From the NCBI RefSeq assembly GCF_964188315.1, contig NC_135656.1, forward strand, positions 31,248,001 through 31,312,000: a DNA stretch of 64,000 nucleotides. Reading direction: 5' to 3'. Source of the stretch: Podarcis muralis. Taxonomy: Eukaryota. The translations under genes were made by a program, and so were the position numbers. How positions within the stretch are numbered: position 1 is the first letter of the stretch; every line of letters begins with the position of its first letter. Of this stretch, positions 24,501-36,000 are shown in pieces. The notes under the pieces were generated by a model. It was given only the letters and a program-made list of their open reading frames with translations, ran no database searches and was not told the DNA's origin.

Positions 24501-25558
24501 ATACCAGAACCCACAGGCTGCACACTGCCTTGTTGCACGGGGCGGAGGTGGGGTGGGGAGCGAGGCCAAAATGTAATGCCCCTGCCCAGTCCTCGCACTG
24601 CCTTCCCAAAACTGGTTAAGAGAGGCACCAAGCTTTGGGAAGGAGGCATGAGGCTCTGGCAGGGTCCCCACCTCCCCAAAGCTGGGAAAGCACTTATTGG
24701 CTTTGGGAAGAAGTAGGGAGGACTCTGGGACCCTGTCAGAGCCATCAAGCCTCATCGGCTTTGGGAAGGCAGCAAGAGAGGGGTGGGTGTGTGTATGTGT
24801 CAAATGTTACCAAGGGCTACCAAAAAAGGCATTAAGGGCCACATGTGGCCCTCAGGCCAGATGCTGGGCTTACCCTGCTCTAGACTAAGACACACTTTTA
24901 TTTTAACAGGAAAGGAATGTGCTGATTCAGATATTTCACATTCAGCAGTTTGCATCACCTGGAATATTTGCCTACAGGACACACCTGTATATTACTTTCT
25001 GAGCACCTGAACACAAATAAATGTCGTATGAGGAAAGGTTGAAGGGACTGGACATGTTGCTGTACTGTAATATCTGCATCTAGACTCCATCTCAAGATGG
25101 AGATGGCAGACTGAACAGCGCTAAACAAAAGAAAAGAGCCTTGCCGCATGTTAAAGCTCAATAGCAATAGCACAATAAATGGTGCCAATCTTCGTTTTTG
25201 CTTGCAACCCAGACTATTGCAACTCTGGCAATGGACTGCATGAGTCTCTGCTCGGTGCTGCTGCAGGCCACAAGTTCTGGGACAGAGAAGCTGTGGCTGA
25301 AACCCACTCACACCCATTTTTAAACACAATTACACAACCTTGAGCGAATACGCGCGGGTTCCTCGGTTAATGAGAAATGATGCAAGGAATACATGGCAAC
25401 CTTTGCACAAGCAAAGCTGGAGAACTGATTTTAGGCGCTGCTCTCCGACTGCCAAACAGGGGGGGAAACGTCAGGAAAGAGGAACTATGACAGGAGACCG
25501 GACACAAGTGCCTCCCCTGCCCCTTAAAAAAATTAAAATCCTCACTTTCGCAGAGCAT
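12581..25558 (-). CDS. AFMID: Kynurenine formamidase (arylformamidase), ~305 aa; exons 25546-25558, 21642-21697, 18461-18551, 17420-17524, 17204-17252, 17003-17088, 16845-16917, 16557-16654, 16334-16412, 14113-14245, 13526-13630, 12581-12610
   Basis: GT-AG exons join in frame (918 nt). Motifs: [35 protein letters not shown] nucleophile elbow, [10 protein letters not shown] (Asp), TDHFDV (His), ending VILKMISRG*. The first two exons ([23 protein letters not shown]) are less certain (about 0.5 and 0.7). Confidence 0.93.
13271..13525 (+). mobile_element. 5'-truncated Sauria-type SINE
   Basis: Body matches the other copies; the cctttcctttac tail abuts AFMID exon 13526-13630. Confidence 0.88.
14352..14721 (+). 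mobile_element. Sauria-type SINE
   Basis: tRNA-like head (GGTGGC.CTGTGG..GGTTCGAATCCC), conserved body, (ACCTTT)n tail. Confidence 0.9.
15182..15563 (+). mobile_element. Sauria-type SINE, more diverged subfamily
   Basis: Same head, body and tail architecture with a degenerate tail. Confidence 0.85.
15769..16126 (+). mobile_element. Sauria-type SINE with ~70-bp flanking direct repeats
   Basis: Head at 15769, ACCTTT tail ending at 16126; flanks 15700-15769 and 16127-16200 are near identical. Confidence 0.9.
17687..18063 (+). mobile_element. RTE-BovB 3' fragment, composite (copy A)
   Basis: Encodes [53 protein letters not shown] (BovB ORF end) with a (CAA)n tail, then 45-50 bp of extra sequence and a second tail. 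Flanked by a 10-bp near-TSD ATACAG(G/T)CCC. Confidence 0.9.
18700..19700 (+). mobile_element. 5'-truncated L1-clade LINE (ORF2 C-terminus plus 3' UTR)
   Basis: Frameshifted ORF2-like peptide (..[48 protein letters not shown]) containing the CCHC-type motif; AATAAA and A-rich end near 19690. Confidence 0.85.
19716..19958 (-). mobile_element. tRNA-derived SINE (Squam3-like)
   Basis: Reverse-complement homologue of 40692-40943; tRNA-like A/B boxes and (CTT)n tail. Confidence 0.8.
20476..20611. mobile_element. 136-bp palindromic hAT (Charlie-like) MITE
   Basis: Long near-perfect inverted arms; perfect TSD TTCTAGAA on both sides, matching the NTCTAGAN preference of Charlie elements. Confidence 0.92.
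21987..22455 (-). mobile_element. RTE-BovB 3' fragment (copy B)
   Basis: ORF 22000-22365 ([25 protein letters not shown]..) is the BovB ORF end, with a (CAA)n tail. Confidence 0.92.
24201..24424. mobile_element. Tc1/mariner-type MITE
   Basis: TA-flanked, with CAGT(G)GTACCTC / GAGGTACCACTG TIRs. Confidence 0.88.
24482..24877. mobile_element. hAT (Charlie-like) non-autonomous element
   Basis: CAGGGT/ACCCTG ends; perfect 8-bp TSD CTCTAGAC (24474-24481 and 24878-24885). Confidence 0.85.
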
Positions 25559-25805
25559 GCCGGGAGATAGCTTAAGCGCCTACTCCGCCCTTGCCAAACA
25601 CTTTCAAGAAAGTTTTTTCCCGCCTTGACTCTGATTGGCCAAGGGACGGAGGGGGTTTCCTTTTGCTGGTCTGTGGAACGGCGCGATCTGTTCTGATTGG
25701 ACAGTGCTTGCCCCGGGTATAAAAACTGCCGGAGCCGGGCGCGCGAAGGGAAAGAAAGGCCGGCGTTAGGTGGATCTGCCCGGGCAAGGACTTGGAATCG
25801 GAGCC
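25550..25805. promoter_or_regulatory. Bidirectional TK1/AFMID promoter
   Basis: About 250 bp between divergent ATGs. E2F site TTTCCCGC at 25616-25623, inverted CCAAT boxes at 25634-25638 and 25696-25700, TATAAAA at 25718-25724, and an SBS-like TCCCGGCATGC on minus around 25554-25566. CpG island. Confidence 0.8.
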
Positions 25806-28800
25806 ATGAACTGCCTGATGATGCCGGGAGTGCAGCCGGGGTCGCCCCTCAAGGCCCGCGGCCAGATCCAGGCACGTAGAAGTTGGTGCCATTGTATGTG
25901 ACAGGGCTTTGAGCTGGAGGGGTTTATTAAGGGGAGCGGCTGATAGTTCTGAGGCTGGAGGTTCGCCTTTATAAGTGATGTTTTCGGGGCCCTTGGCTTT
26001 GCGGGGTACTGGAGAGGAGAGCGAGGGAGAGGTTTGGGGTAGCAACCTCGATTGCGGAACTGGGGGTGCGAAAGCGATATTCGCCTCTCCGGCTCCGAAC
26101 GGGAGTAAAGGCTGCGTGAGGGCGCTGGAAGGGCACAGCTGGATCTGACCAAAGGCCCCCTCTAGCCCACCATCCTTTTCTCACGATGCAGATGGGAAGG
26201 GCATGGGCACAACCGCCATCACCCCTCTTGGGGTTCCTAGGATGTGGCATTTAGAGAACTGCTGCCTCTGATAACGGACGGGCTCTTGTAGGGATTGCTG
26301 GCTTAAAAGGAGCTCAATCTAGTTCAACAACGTGTTTCTGACTGCAGCCATTTATCTTGCAACCTGTATAGTTGGTACTTAGCTTTAAGAAGAAAACATT
26401 CCTAAATCCATTTTCCCTTCCAACCTCTATAGGTCATCTTTGGACCCATGTTCTCCGGGAAAAGGTATGTACACTGCAGATTTGAAATAAGTGCTGCTAT
26501 TATATGTACTGGTAATCTAGATGTTGGGCCTAGCACACCAGTTTTGTTAACTGGCGTGGCTGATCGGTATGTGACATGGATACTACAAGAGGCACAAATT
26601 GCTGGAGTTCTACCTGCTTGATCACCACTACGCTACTGCTTCCTCCCTCAGTCAGTAAACTAGAGGTGAAAATATATCAAGCAGCTAATGGGCTGCAGAT
26701 CCTTCAATGAGTGCAAAAGTGGCACTTTCTCCTATGCTGGATTTGCACCTTGCTTGCCCAAAAATGTTTGCTTTCTATAAAATAGGCTCTGGCCATCATT
26801 TGCTCTTACCAGAGCAAATAATGGGTCGTGCCATTTGGCAGACAAATCGAATGAAACCTTGCCATGCCCTAGCCAATCAAGACTGTAGGGCAAGGAGTAG
26901 ATCCCGTGGACTGAATAGAGGCAATTGCCATTTCTTTACTCTTCACCTCTAAACTTATAGTGCTGCCTTCTCTAGAACAAAAACCAATTTCTTAAAATGC
27001 ATTGTCTCCGCCAGAGCTGGGAGGGAAATGTGTTTTGCACGATTGTAGGTGTTATCTTTAGTAATGAAGTGACTAAAGCAGTTAGTCTTGTGCTTTTGTA
27101 ATTTCCCTCATGTAGCAGCTGCAGCTTTTTTGACTCACAATAGAGCCACATGTGCCCTTCTAGTAAAAGAGCTTGTTTCTCTCTGACCAGAAACACTTCA
27201 GGCTTTCCTGGGTTATGCTTGCCACTGGACATCTCCATTCTTGTTTTGCAGCACTGAACTCATGCGCCGGGTCCGTCGGTTCCAAATTGCACAGTACAAA
27301 TGTCTGCTGATCAAGTATTCCAAGGACACACGCTACTGCGTCAATGGCGTCTCCACACATGACAGGTAAATTGCTAAAATGTCAGGGCCAATCTATACAG
27401 TGTATATGCTTGGGAAATTTCAAGCAGGCACACCATTTTTCACAAACTGTTATCTTAAACTGTTGGCACTGTAATGCTTTTATAATATATGACCTCAGGG
27501 GATTCAGTCTGGGGATTCAAGCATCTTCCCTGTCTAAGTCTTCTCTCACGTAGCTGCTATTTAGATTCGAGAGCATTCTGCAAGTGCCACTGGAAAATGA
27601 ACTCTTTGCCATGGAGTAGGCTTATAACCAAAGCAATCCAATTATCACAAATATTTCTGTTCCTATGTAGGAATACCATGGAAGCCTATTCAGCTTGTTG
27701 TCTCAAAGATGTGCATCAAGAGGCCCTTAACGCTGCTGTGATTGGCATTGATGAAGGCCAGTTTGTAAGTTCTTTTATCTTCTCTGAATAATGAAACATA
27801 TGTTGTAGATATTTTTTCCACATTATGCTATTTTTGTGATACATGACATGAGAAATCTTGGCATACTTGTTTATAAAATAAACAATATATAAATAAAATA
27901 AATCTGGCTTGGGTCAACAGTCAAGCACTACCGCATAAGTCTGTTTCACAGCTCTATGGGGACTTGGGCTGCCATTTTATTCTCCTAGAATAAACCCCAT
28001 TGAGCTCCTTGGGACTTCTGAGTAGATGTAGGATTGCAGTCCTCTTTTACACAGAACAGTACAGTGGTACCTCAGGTTACATACGCTTCAGGTTACAGAC
28101 TCCGCTAACCCAGAAATAGTACCTCGGGTTAAGAACTTTGCTTCAGGGTGAGAACAGAAATCGTGCTCCGGCGGCGCGGCGGCAGCAGGAGGCCCCATTA
28201 GGTAAAGTGGTGCTTCAGGTTAAGAACAGTTTCAAGTTAAGAACGGACCTCCGGAACGAATTAAGTACTTAACCTGAGGTACCACTGTATAAAGGAACAT
28301 GGAAGGGGTTGCTATGAATACCAAATACTGGGAATTGCAGGTGTCTAGAGTGCTGTTGTGCTGATGTCCTCTTTGTGGGTTTCCAGCAAGCATCTGGTTG
28401 GCCGCTGTGAAAATAGGATGTTGGACTAGGTCCAGCAGGCTCTTATGTATCATTGCTAAATAGAATGTAGTTCAATTCTAACAACATTCCTACAGTAATT
28501 GGAGTACATCTTTATCTAGAACACACACAGGTTGCTGCTAGTGGGTTCTCTGGAAGTTATTTTCTTGACCGTGTTGGCAGTGTTAGCTGAACTTGGAAAT
28601 TGCTGAAAGGTTAGGAGAGACATTAATTTAAAGGGGTGTAGAGCAGGGGTGAAAACGTAAATGAACAATCCACTGGTCAGTTCTTGGTGTGGACTGCACT
28701 GTGGCTGCTGGTATTCTTGTCAAGAATGCAGGAGTAGGTGGAGATTGATCTGATATAGTGTTACTTGTCTCCCTAAGAACAAGTACGTGTTTCAGATTGT

Positions 28801-30518
28801 TACACAAATCAGCTGTCTAATAGCTGTTAAGAGACCCTGAAGATATACTCTTGCTTTGTACATGTAAAATGCATTAGTAGACCTTGGGAGTTTTAACGAA
28901 AACAAAGAAACTCATATATACAAGACTGATCTCGGCTCACCCATGTTGAGTATGTGGAGATGGATGAGCAAGGAACAATTTTCAATTAAAAGCTTATTGG
29001 GCGATAATTGCCTGTCTTGGACCATGAGAAGCCCACACTACAGCTGGCCCACCCCTTTAAAGACTTTGGAAATTCAGGTGATGTGATGGTGGTAGCAGCA
29101 GGCTTGCCAGGTATAGTGGTACCTCGGGTTACATACGCTTCAGGTTACAGACTCCGCTAACCTAGAAATATTACCTTCGGTTAAGAACTTTGCTTCAGGA
29201 TAAGAACAGAAATCGTGCTCCAGCGGTGCGGCAGCAGCAGGAGGCCCCATTAGCTAAAGTGGTGTTTCAGGTTAAGAACAGTTTCAGATTAAGTACGGAC
29301 CTCCGGAACGAATTAAGTACTTAACCCAAGGTTGGTATCTTGGGGCCTTCTGCAAAAAAGAGAGAGAGAGAACATGTGATCTTATCACCAAGCCATCATC
29401 CTTTCCTCCCATAATTGAGACCTTTCTAGCAGTAGCAGATAGGGTTCCCATCAGGGAATACCTTAAAGTATTCAGTTAGAGAACGTGAGACCTGTTGGCT
29501 CCCTTAACTTCGCTTTAAACATAGGTGGGTTAAGGTACAGTCCTATACCTGTACTATTAACTTGGGAGCAAGTCCTAATGAATGCTTATTTCTGAATGGG
29601 TATGTGTGGGCCGTAGTTAGCCAATGAGGGTGGGCTACAGCTTCTGTCACCCTGACCATTGGCTATGTTGGCTGAAGCTGATGGCAACTGTAGTTCAGCA
29701 ACCGCAAGAGACCACACCACATTGGCTATTCTCCCCACCCCATAGGCTTTCACTGTAAGAGTACCATGCAAATACTCTTAAGAATGCCGCCACCATCTCA
29801 CAACCAAAGAACTGGTTGTGTCACATGTAGTCCTATGAATTTCTAAGAGATACGACTTGTCCACTGTGGAGAAACATAGCTTTTCCCCTCTGTTCCCGTC
29901 TAGTTTCCAGACATTGTAGAGTTCTGTGAGGCAATGGCCAATGCGGGGAAGACTGTCATTGTGGCCGCCCTTGATGCAACCTTCCAGAGAAAGGTAAACC
30001 TCTCTAAATTCTTAATTTTCTCTTCCGGCTGGTCTGTGTCCCAACCCAACGTTGCATCTGGTTGTTTCACTGCAGGCCTTTGGCAACATCTTGCAGCTGG
30101 TCCCTTTAGCAGAGAGTGTGGTGAAACTAAACGCCGTCTGCATGGAGTGTTACCGTGAAGCCTCCTACACAAAGAGGCTGGGAACAGAGAAGGAGGTAAG
30201 AGTCCACTGCGCTTCCCTTCTCAGAAAGGTTCCTTTCCATCTGTGAGGCAGAGATGTGCCTGCTATCAGCCTGACAGCAGAAAAGTGCTTTTTACCTGTT
30301 GAGTAATTAACACTTCTCTCCTTCTTTAGGTGGAAGTGATAGGAGGAGCAGACAAGTACCATTCAGTCTGCCGTGTCTGCTACTTCAAGAAGCGGCCGCA
30401 GCAGCAGGCAACCGACGACAAAGAGAATCTGCCAGGAGGAAATAAGCAGCTAGATATCGCTGGTTCCCGAAAGGCTTTGGCTACTCGTCAAATCATGCAG
30501 TGGAGCCCATCACACTGA
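25806..30518 (+). CDS. TK1: Cytosolic thymidine kinase 1, 234 aa; exons 25806-25871, 26433-26464, 27252-27365, 27671-27764, 29904-29993, 30076-30195, 30330-30518
   Basis: [32 protein letters not shown](S) P-loop/[17 protein letters not shown]../[37 protein letters not shown]/..AVCMEC../[18 protein letters not shown] box at 30420-30428. Total 705 nt, in frame. Intron 1 needs a GC donor. Confidence 0.97.
28062..28287. mobile_element. Tc1/mariner-type MITE in TK1 intron 4
   Basis: TA TSD and perfect 12-bp TIRs. Confidence 0.9.
29114..29331. mobile_element. Tc1/mariner-type MITE in TK1 intron 4, right TIR damaged
   Basis: Near-identical body to 28062-28287. Confidence 0.85.
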
Positions 30519-31525
30519 ACTAGGAAAATGACAGCCCTTTTCTTCTGTGGGGTTAATTGATGTGCTGTTCTTCATTCCAACCCTATACCGTTAAAAAGGT
30601 GTGCGGATCAAAGGACGATACTAGTGAAAGCACTAGAAAGAGTGAACTGCTTTTAAAGGAGGAAACGAGGCTGGGGCGTGTTGCAAAAGGCTAATAATTT
30701 AGGTGTGCTAAAAACCTCAAGCTCGCCTCTTAGTGGCTTCACATTTATGGGGAAAGACTTCCTACTGTCTCATAGAACTGGGAGTTTCCTCTATGTTCAC
30801 TAGCAGAACCTGTTTCCTAGTCAAACTAGAATATTATTTATACCTTAAAGCCATTGTCTCTTATTTCAGCAAACACCAGTGTCCTTGTTAAACAGTTTAC
30901 CTTGGAAGGGCTAGTCTCTTTCCCAGTCTTTAACCCTTCTTGAACATGGAATATGGAACATAATGTTCAACTCTAGACTAACTGCCTGAGCAAAACATAA
31001 TTTCCTCAATTCTATGTGTATCTCTCTGATCTGACATCTAGCTACGTGTTGGGTATATAGCATAGTTCTGTGAGGCTTCCAAACTAACAAAATTATTACT
31101 AATCCTGCATAAGTTATGAGGCCTCTGCTTTTCTGTAGAAGGGTTTGATAGATATAATGTGTCTCCAGAAGTGGGCAATAAGCAATTCTTATGTTCTTTG
31201 TAGTCTTGGCCTTAAGATTTTGTGTCCTGTGTCAGGCCTTTACTTTCCTAATTTATTCAGGATGGCCGAGAGCATCAATCATGTTCATTATATATGAAAC
31301 TTGGGGCATGTACCTGTCGTATAACTTCTGGCAGTTCGATCTTACTGTCTTCTGCATGATGAATGGTAGTAGCTATTTCTGCATTTGATTCAGCAAACCA
31401 TCAGTTTTGCACTTAAAACATGCCCTAAGACTGCTCTGCTGCCACTTCTGTTCCCCATGAATATTTGCCGTCTTCTCCCATAGTGATCAATTAAGAGAAA
31501 AATGTTTTATTCATCTGGCTATTTT

Positions 31526-31531
31526 AATAAA
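31526..31531 (+). terminator. Candidate TK1 polyadenylation signal
   Basis: AATAAA about 1 kb after the stop, followed by U/GU-rich sequence (tgtcttctttgacctttttt). Confidence 0.5.
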
Positions 31532-33076
31532 TAACTTAGTGCTGAATGTCTTCTTTGACCTTTTTTATTGATTTCCGCCATTTCACCAGGCTTCAGAGCA
31601 AGGTGTCTATTTTGTTTTTAAAGGCTACCCACTTAGATTGTAGGAGACATCCAGCTCTCAGTCCCCTCCCCATCAGAAGTGTTGAAGATGACCTGCTTCT
31701 TGCTTGGAAACTTTTGTTGTAGGACCACCACTGAAATTGCCCATACTCCTTCTCCCGATAGTACAGACACCCTTTCATGTTAAGAGCTGCACTGGGAGAA
31801 ACAGCATCAGCTGTTTAGAGTGCTTGGTTGGCCAAAACCCAGAACAGCAGGAGGTGAAAAGTGCGGCCTAAAAAAAGGAGCTGAGATAAGGCTTATGGTA
31901 CTTGTTTCTGTAGGTGCCAAGACCTTACACCACTGCTTTGCTACAGCCAGCATAATTATTTTCCCACAGCTAGCCCTCAGTCACATAGCTGGGTTCACAC
32001 ATAAACATCTCCCCTGAAGCCATGGGGAGGATGTATAATAAAATCTCGCATTCCAAGTGATGGGAGTGACGAGGTTTATTTCTGCCATGATACAGATTTA
32101 GAACACTTCCCAAATCCTCAGGTAGCTTCCCATGTAGGTGAGTTGTCTCCTGTTACGCCCCACACAACAGGTACAGTTGGGAAACCAACCTAAGGAGGTA
32201 GAGCTTTCCCAGAAAGGCTTGTTGGGTACCCAGGAAAGTGTGGCAGTTTATAAGTTTTGTGCAAGTGGGCTTCCTACCCCAAGAAGCAAACAGTAGTACC
32301 TTCACCCCACCCCAGCTATGTTTCTTCACTATTAGTATATCTGTGCAGAAAGGGAGCTGGTCCCCTCCCATCTTGAACTAGGACTGAATTGAGGGAGGGA
32401 AACAAGACAAGGCACACAGGAAAAATTCAACATTGCTCAGTCCAGCACTTTATATACAAATTGTTATTTTTTAAAAAAAGAAATGAGGGGGCCTTTAGGC
32501 CTAAGCTTTGGCATCATGTCCATCCAGCAGCAAGTGAAAAGCTGTAAGGAAAGCACTGCATCCGCACTATCCTATCTAGAAAGGCAGCACCATAGGAGCC
32601 ATGGGAACTGACCCCCCCCCACCCCACTCAGTGGCTGGTATGAGTCAAGGATGTAACAGCATCTGCACAAAAGGCACAAAGTACTTTGGCCAGCAGCAAG
32701 GGTCCCACTACAATAACTGCAGTAGGAAGCAACGTAACAGGACGCTTGCCTTAACTGCTGGATGAAATCTAGCTCCTGTTATAGAGTTAGCTGAATATCC
32801 TCTGCGTATTTATTTTTTTTGCAACTATTATGCCTTGCACGTCACACACAGGCCAGAAAGAAAGCCTCTCACACCCCTGAGGGGGGAGCGAAGTATTTTC
32901 TGCAAGGGTAGAAAACAGCAAGGATACCCCAGAACCCAATGCACACGCACACACAAAAGTTAAGCTGTGGCATTCTTACTCTTCACAGTAGATGCCTTTC
33001 CCCAACCCAAGCAAGTGAATCAATTGCACTTAGGTGGCTATTCCCCATGAGCTGCTTTAAACAGTGCTAGTAGCAA

Positions 33077-36000
33077 TCAGTACACAGGGGGAGGCTGGTA
33101 GCCTTCAGAGTCCTCTCCGGTGCGAGGAGTGAAGGGTGGCTGCTGGTAGCTCTCATGACCAACATTGGGGTAGCTTGAGTAGGGGGGCACAGGACCTGGA
33201 GCTGGGTCAACGTAGCTGTGGTCAAAATCTTGCACCCCCATGCGGTAGCGCTGAAGTGCAAAGGTGATCAGGAGCCCCTGTGGACAGAAACAAGCTATTA
33301 GCTCTGGCCGGCAAGGACGAGGATAGGTCTGTGAAGAGTTGGTCACATGCAACAGCCATTTATGCAGCCATTCCTCTAAGGTATTTTTCGCTCTATAAGA
33401 CGCACCTAGTTTTTAGAGGAGGGAAACAAGAAAGCAACGCAAAACCTCTTGAGCGAAGAGGCAGGAGCGCTCCCGCTGCGCTCAAGAGGCTTTGCGTGGC
33501 TATTTCTGAAACCAGGAGAGCAAGAGGGATCGGTGCTCTTCTGGCTTCAGGGATAGCTGTGCAGCCTGCATTTGCTCTATAAGATGCACACACATTTCCC
33601 CTTACTTTTTAGGAGGCAAAAAGTGCGTCTTATAGCATTGCTTTGTTTTGGATGGGAAGGCCAGGGAAATTCTAAGGCCACCTTGTGAGGCAATGCCAGA
33701 GAGATCTGAGCTGGTTACTTGTTTTGAGCTCAGTTTAACAGGCTTTGGCAAACTACTTATCAGTTTCATAGCCAATCCCCAGTTCAGGGCTGGCAGCCTG
33801 CCTGACTTCAGCCTTGGACTTCCTTGGGCCAGAGAGAAACCCTCACTCACCCATGAGAAGATGGAGAAAAAGCTGAAGGCAATTGAAGCACGGGCAGAGT
33901 CGGCGCCAATCACTACATCTTTGGGTGGTGTTGATGCCCACTGGTTTGTCAGCACACAGAACCCAATAAACCACAGAAAGGCCCAGAGAGCTGCACAAAG
34001 AGAAGAAAATATATTTAGAAAGAGTGGAAGGGACTGGGTGACTTATTAACAGAATATGAAGGCCTACGATAAGCCCTGTTCTAAGGGTTGTATCTGATGC
34101 CGCAGCTTCAGTGCTAAAACAGACTTCTAGGCAGGCGATACTCCCAGCTCCTGAGGCTTGGGGACCCCCGGGCTGATTTTGGGGCATGCTGCAGAAGGAG
34201 GGGAATGTCCCATTCTGTTTGCACAGCATTGGATACAACTGTCTCTATTTCTTCTTGCTTACCTGCTGGTTATTCTGCCAGTCTTCAAATTTAACAGAAG
34301 CACAGGAAAACAACTTTGTCAGTGGCTAAATTCCTTTTCCTGGCACTCAAGTGTCGGAAACGTATAACTGAATGCTTTGATGTGGGTTATCTGTGAGAGG
34401 TCTAGTACTGTGGCCCTACCTTATTTATGTACCCCTATGATGTTATAGTTTATAATTATTGTGTAATGTTTTATTTCTGACTATCGGTTGAATAAAGGAA
34501 ATTGATTGATAACAGAAGCACAGGCACCCTTCAGCTGATGTTACAGGAGAACAACTTACCCCGGCCTGGTGTCCTCCAGGTGTGCTGGGACACCTCCCAC
34601 TAACCGCAGCCAGAATGGCCCATGGTCGGAGATAGTTGGCAATATCTGGAGGGCACCAGTCTTGGGAAGCCTGCAGTACAGAGCACTATCGTTCTGCTCC
34701 TGCTATCAACGGGCTACAACTATATGATAAAATACCTGCCACTTGTGCTCTGGTTATCAGGAAATCCTACGGCTCCTCCAGACAACTTGTTTAATGAGCA
34801 TTCTTTCCAGCTTGCTTGCACAAAAGCTTCCCGGCTTTTTGTCTGATCGTTACTGAGCATTCATTTATAATTTTGGGGGGCAGTTATGTAACTATGAGCA
34901 TTCATCCTGATTTGCCTGTGGGAAACGTCTTCCTGTTAGTCATTTGTTTATCTCACCCTTTTCAGTGCATCACACTTTTCCCCCATCGCTTTCCAAACTA
35001 CATAATTTGTTTAATGGATTTATTGTTTTAGGGCAGCGAAGCACTTTAGATTTGCAGATTTAAAGTGCTTTGAATTTCTGGTATGCACTTGAATCCCTCC
35101 CACAAAGTATTGACAGTCTGGAGGAGACCTTACACTGAACAAAATGGGCATATTCTGCAACCGTCTCAGAAGGATGTGTGGGCCAAGTTTTGATTACAGT
35201 ATTAGTTAATCTAGGCAGAGGCTTGGAATGGGAGTCCAGAATCTCCTGTTTCTCAAAGTAGAACAAACGCTATCTAGAAGCCCCCTTAAAGAAACGTGTG
35301 ACATTTTTTTCAAGGTCTTAAGGCATGTGGCGTTTACGTCAGGGAACAAAGGGGCACCCATTCAATGGTGTCTCCTCCTTGCCCAGCACTAATCTTTACC
35401 AATAATATAGCATCCCAGTGTTTTTAGGAACACAGGCAGTCTCTCCTGGAAGACACTTTCATTCAGACAAAACAAGCCCTCGCAGGCAGCAGGCCAGGGG
35501 AGCTGAGCTGTTCCAGACTCACATCATACTGAGAGCAAAACAAGGGAAGGCATTGTCCAGCTCTGCAAAGGGGGTGGGGAAAAGAGAGGAGGAAGAGAAC
35601 ATGTACAGAGCCTTGCCCTCCCTCCCCACAAGGACTTGTTTCATGTCACACCTCCCAATAAGAAATACCTGAGAAGCCCAGGTCAGCCATAACGAGGTAC
35701 TTGCGATCAGTGGCATTGCTAATCTGTGGGAAGTAGATATCCACCATCAAGAAGAATACACAAGCCAGGAAGGCAATCACTCCGATGCCAATGCCGTAAC
35801 GGCAAGCATCCTCACTGTGGTTGAAGACGCAGTACAGCTTGTCGGATGAAGAATGGTTGGTGTAGCCTTCACCAATGATGCAGGAGAAAACAATGAGTGC
35901 AAAAATCTGCAACAACAAAGGTGAGGTGCTTCCGTTAAGGCACAAATCAACCATGATTTCATTTATATCCCATCTCTCTGCCATCATGGAACCCAGCAGT

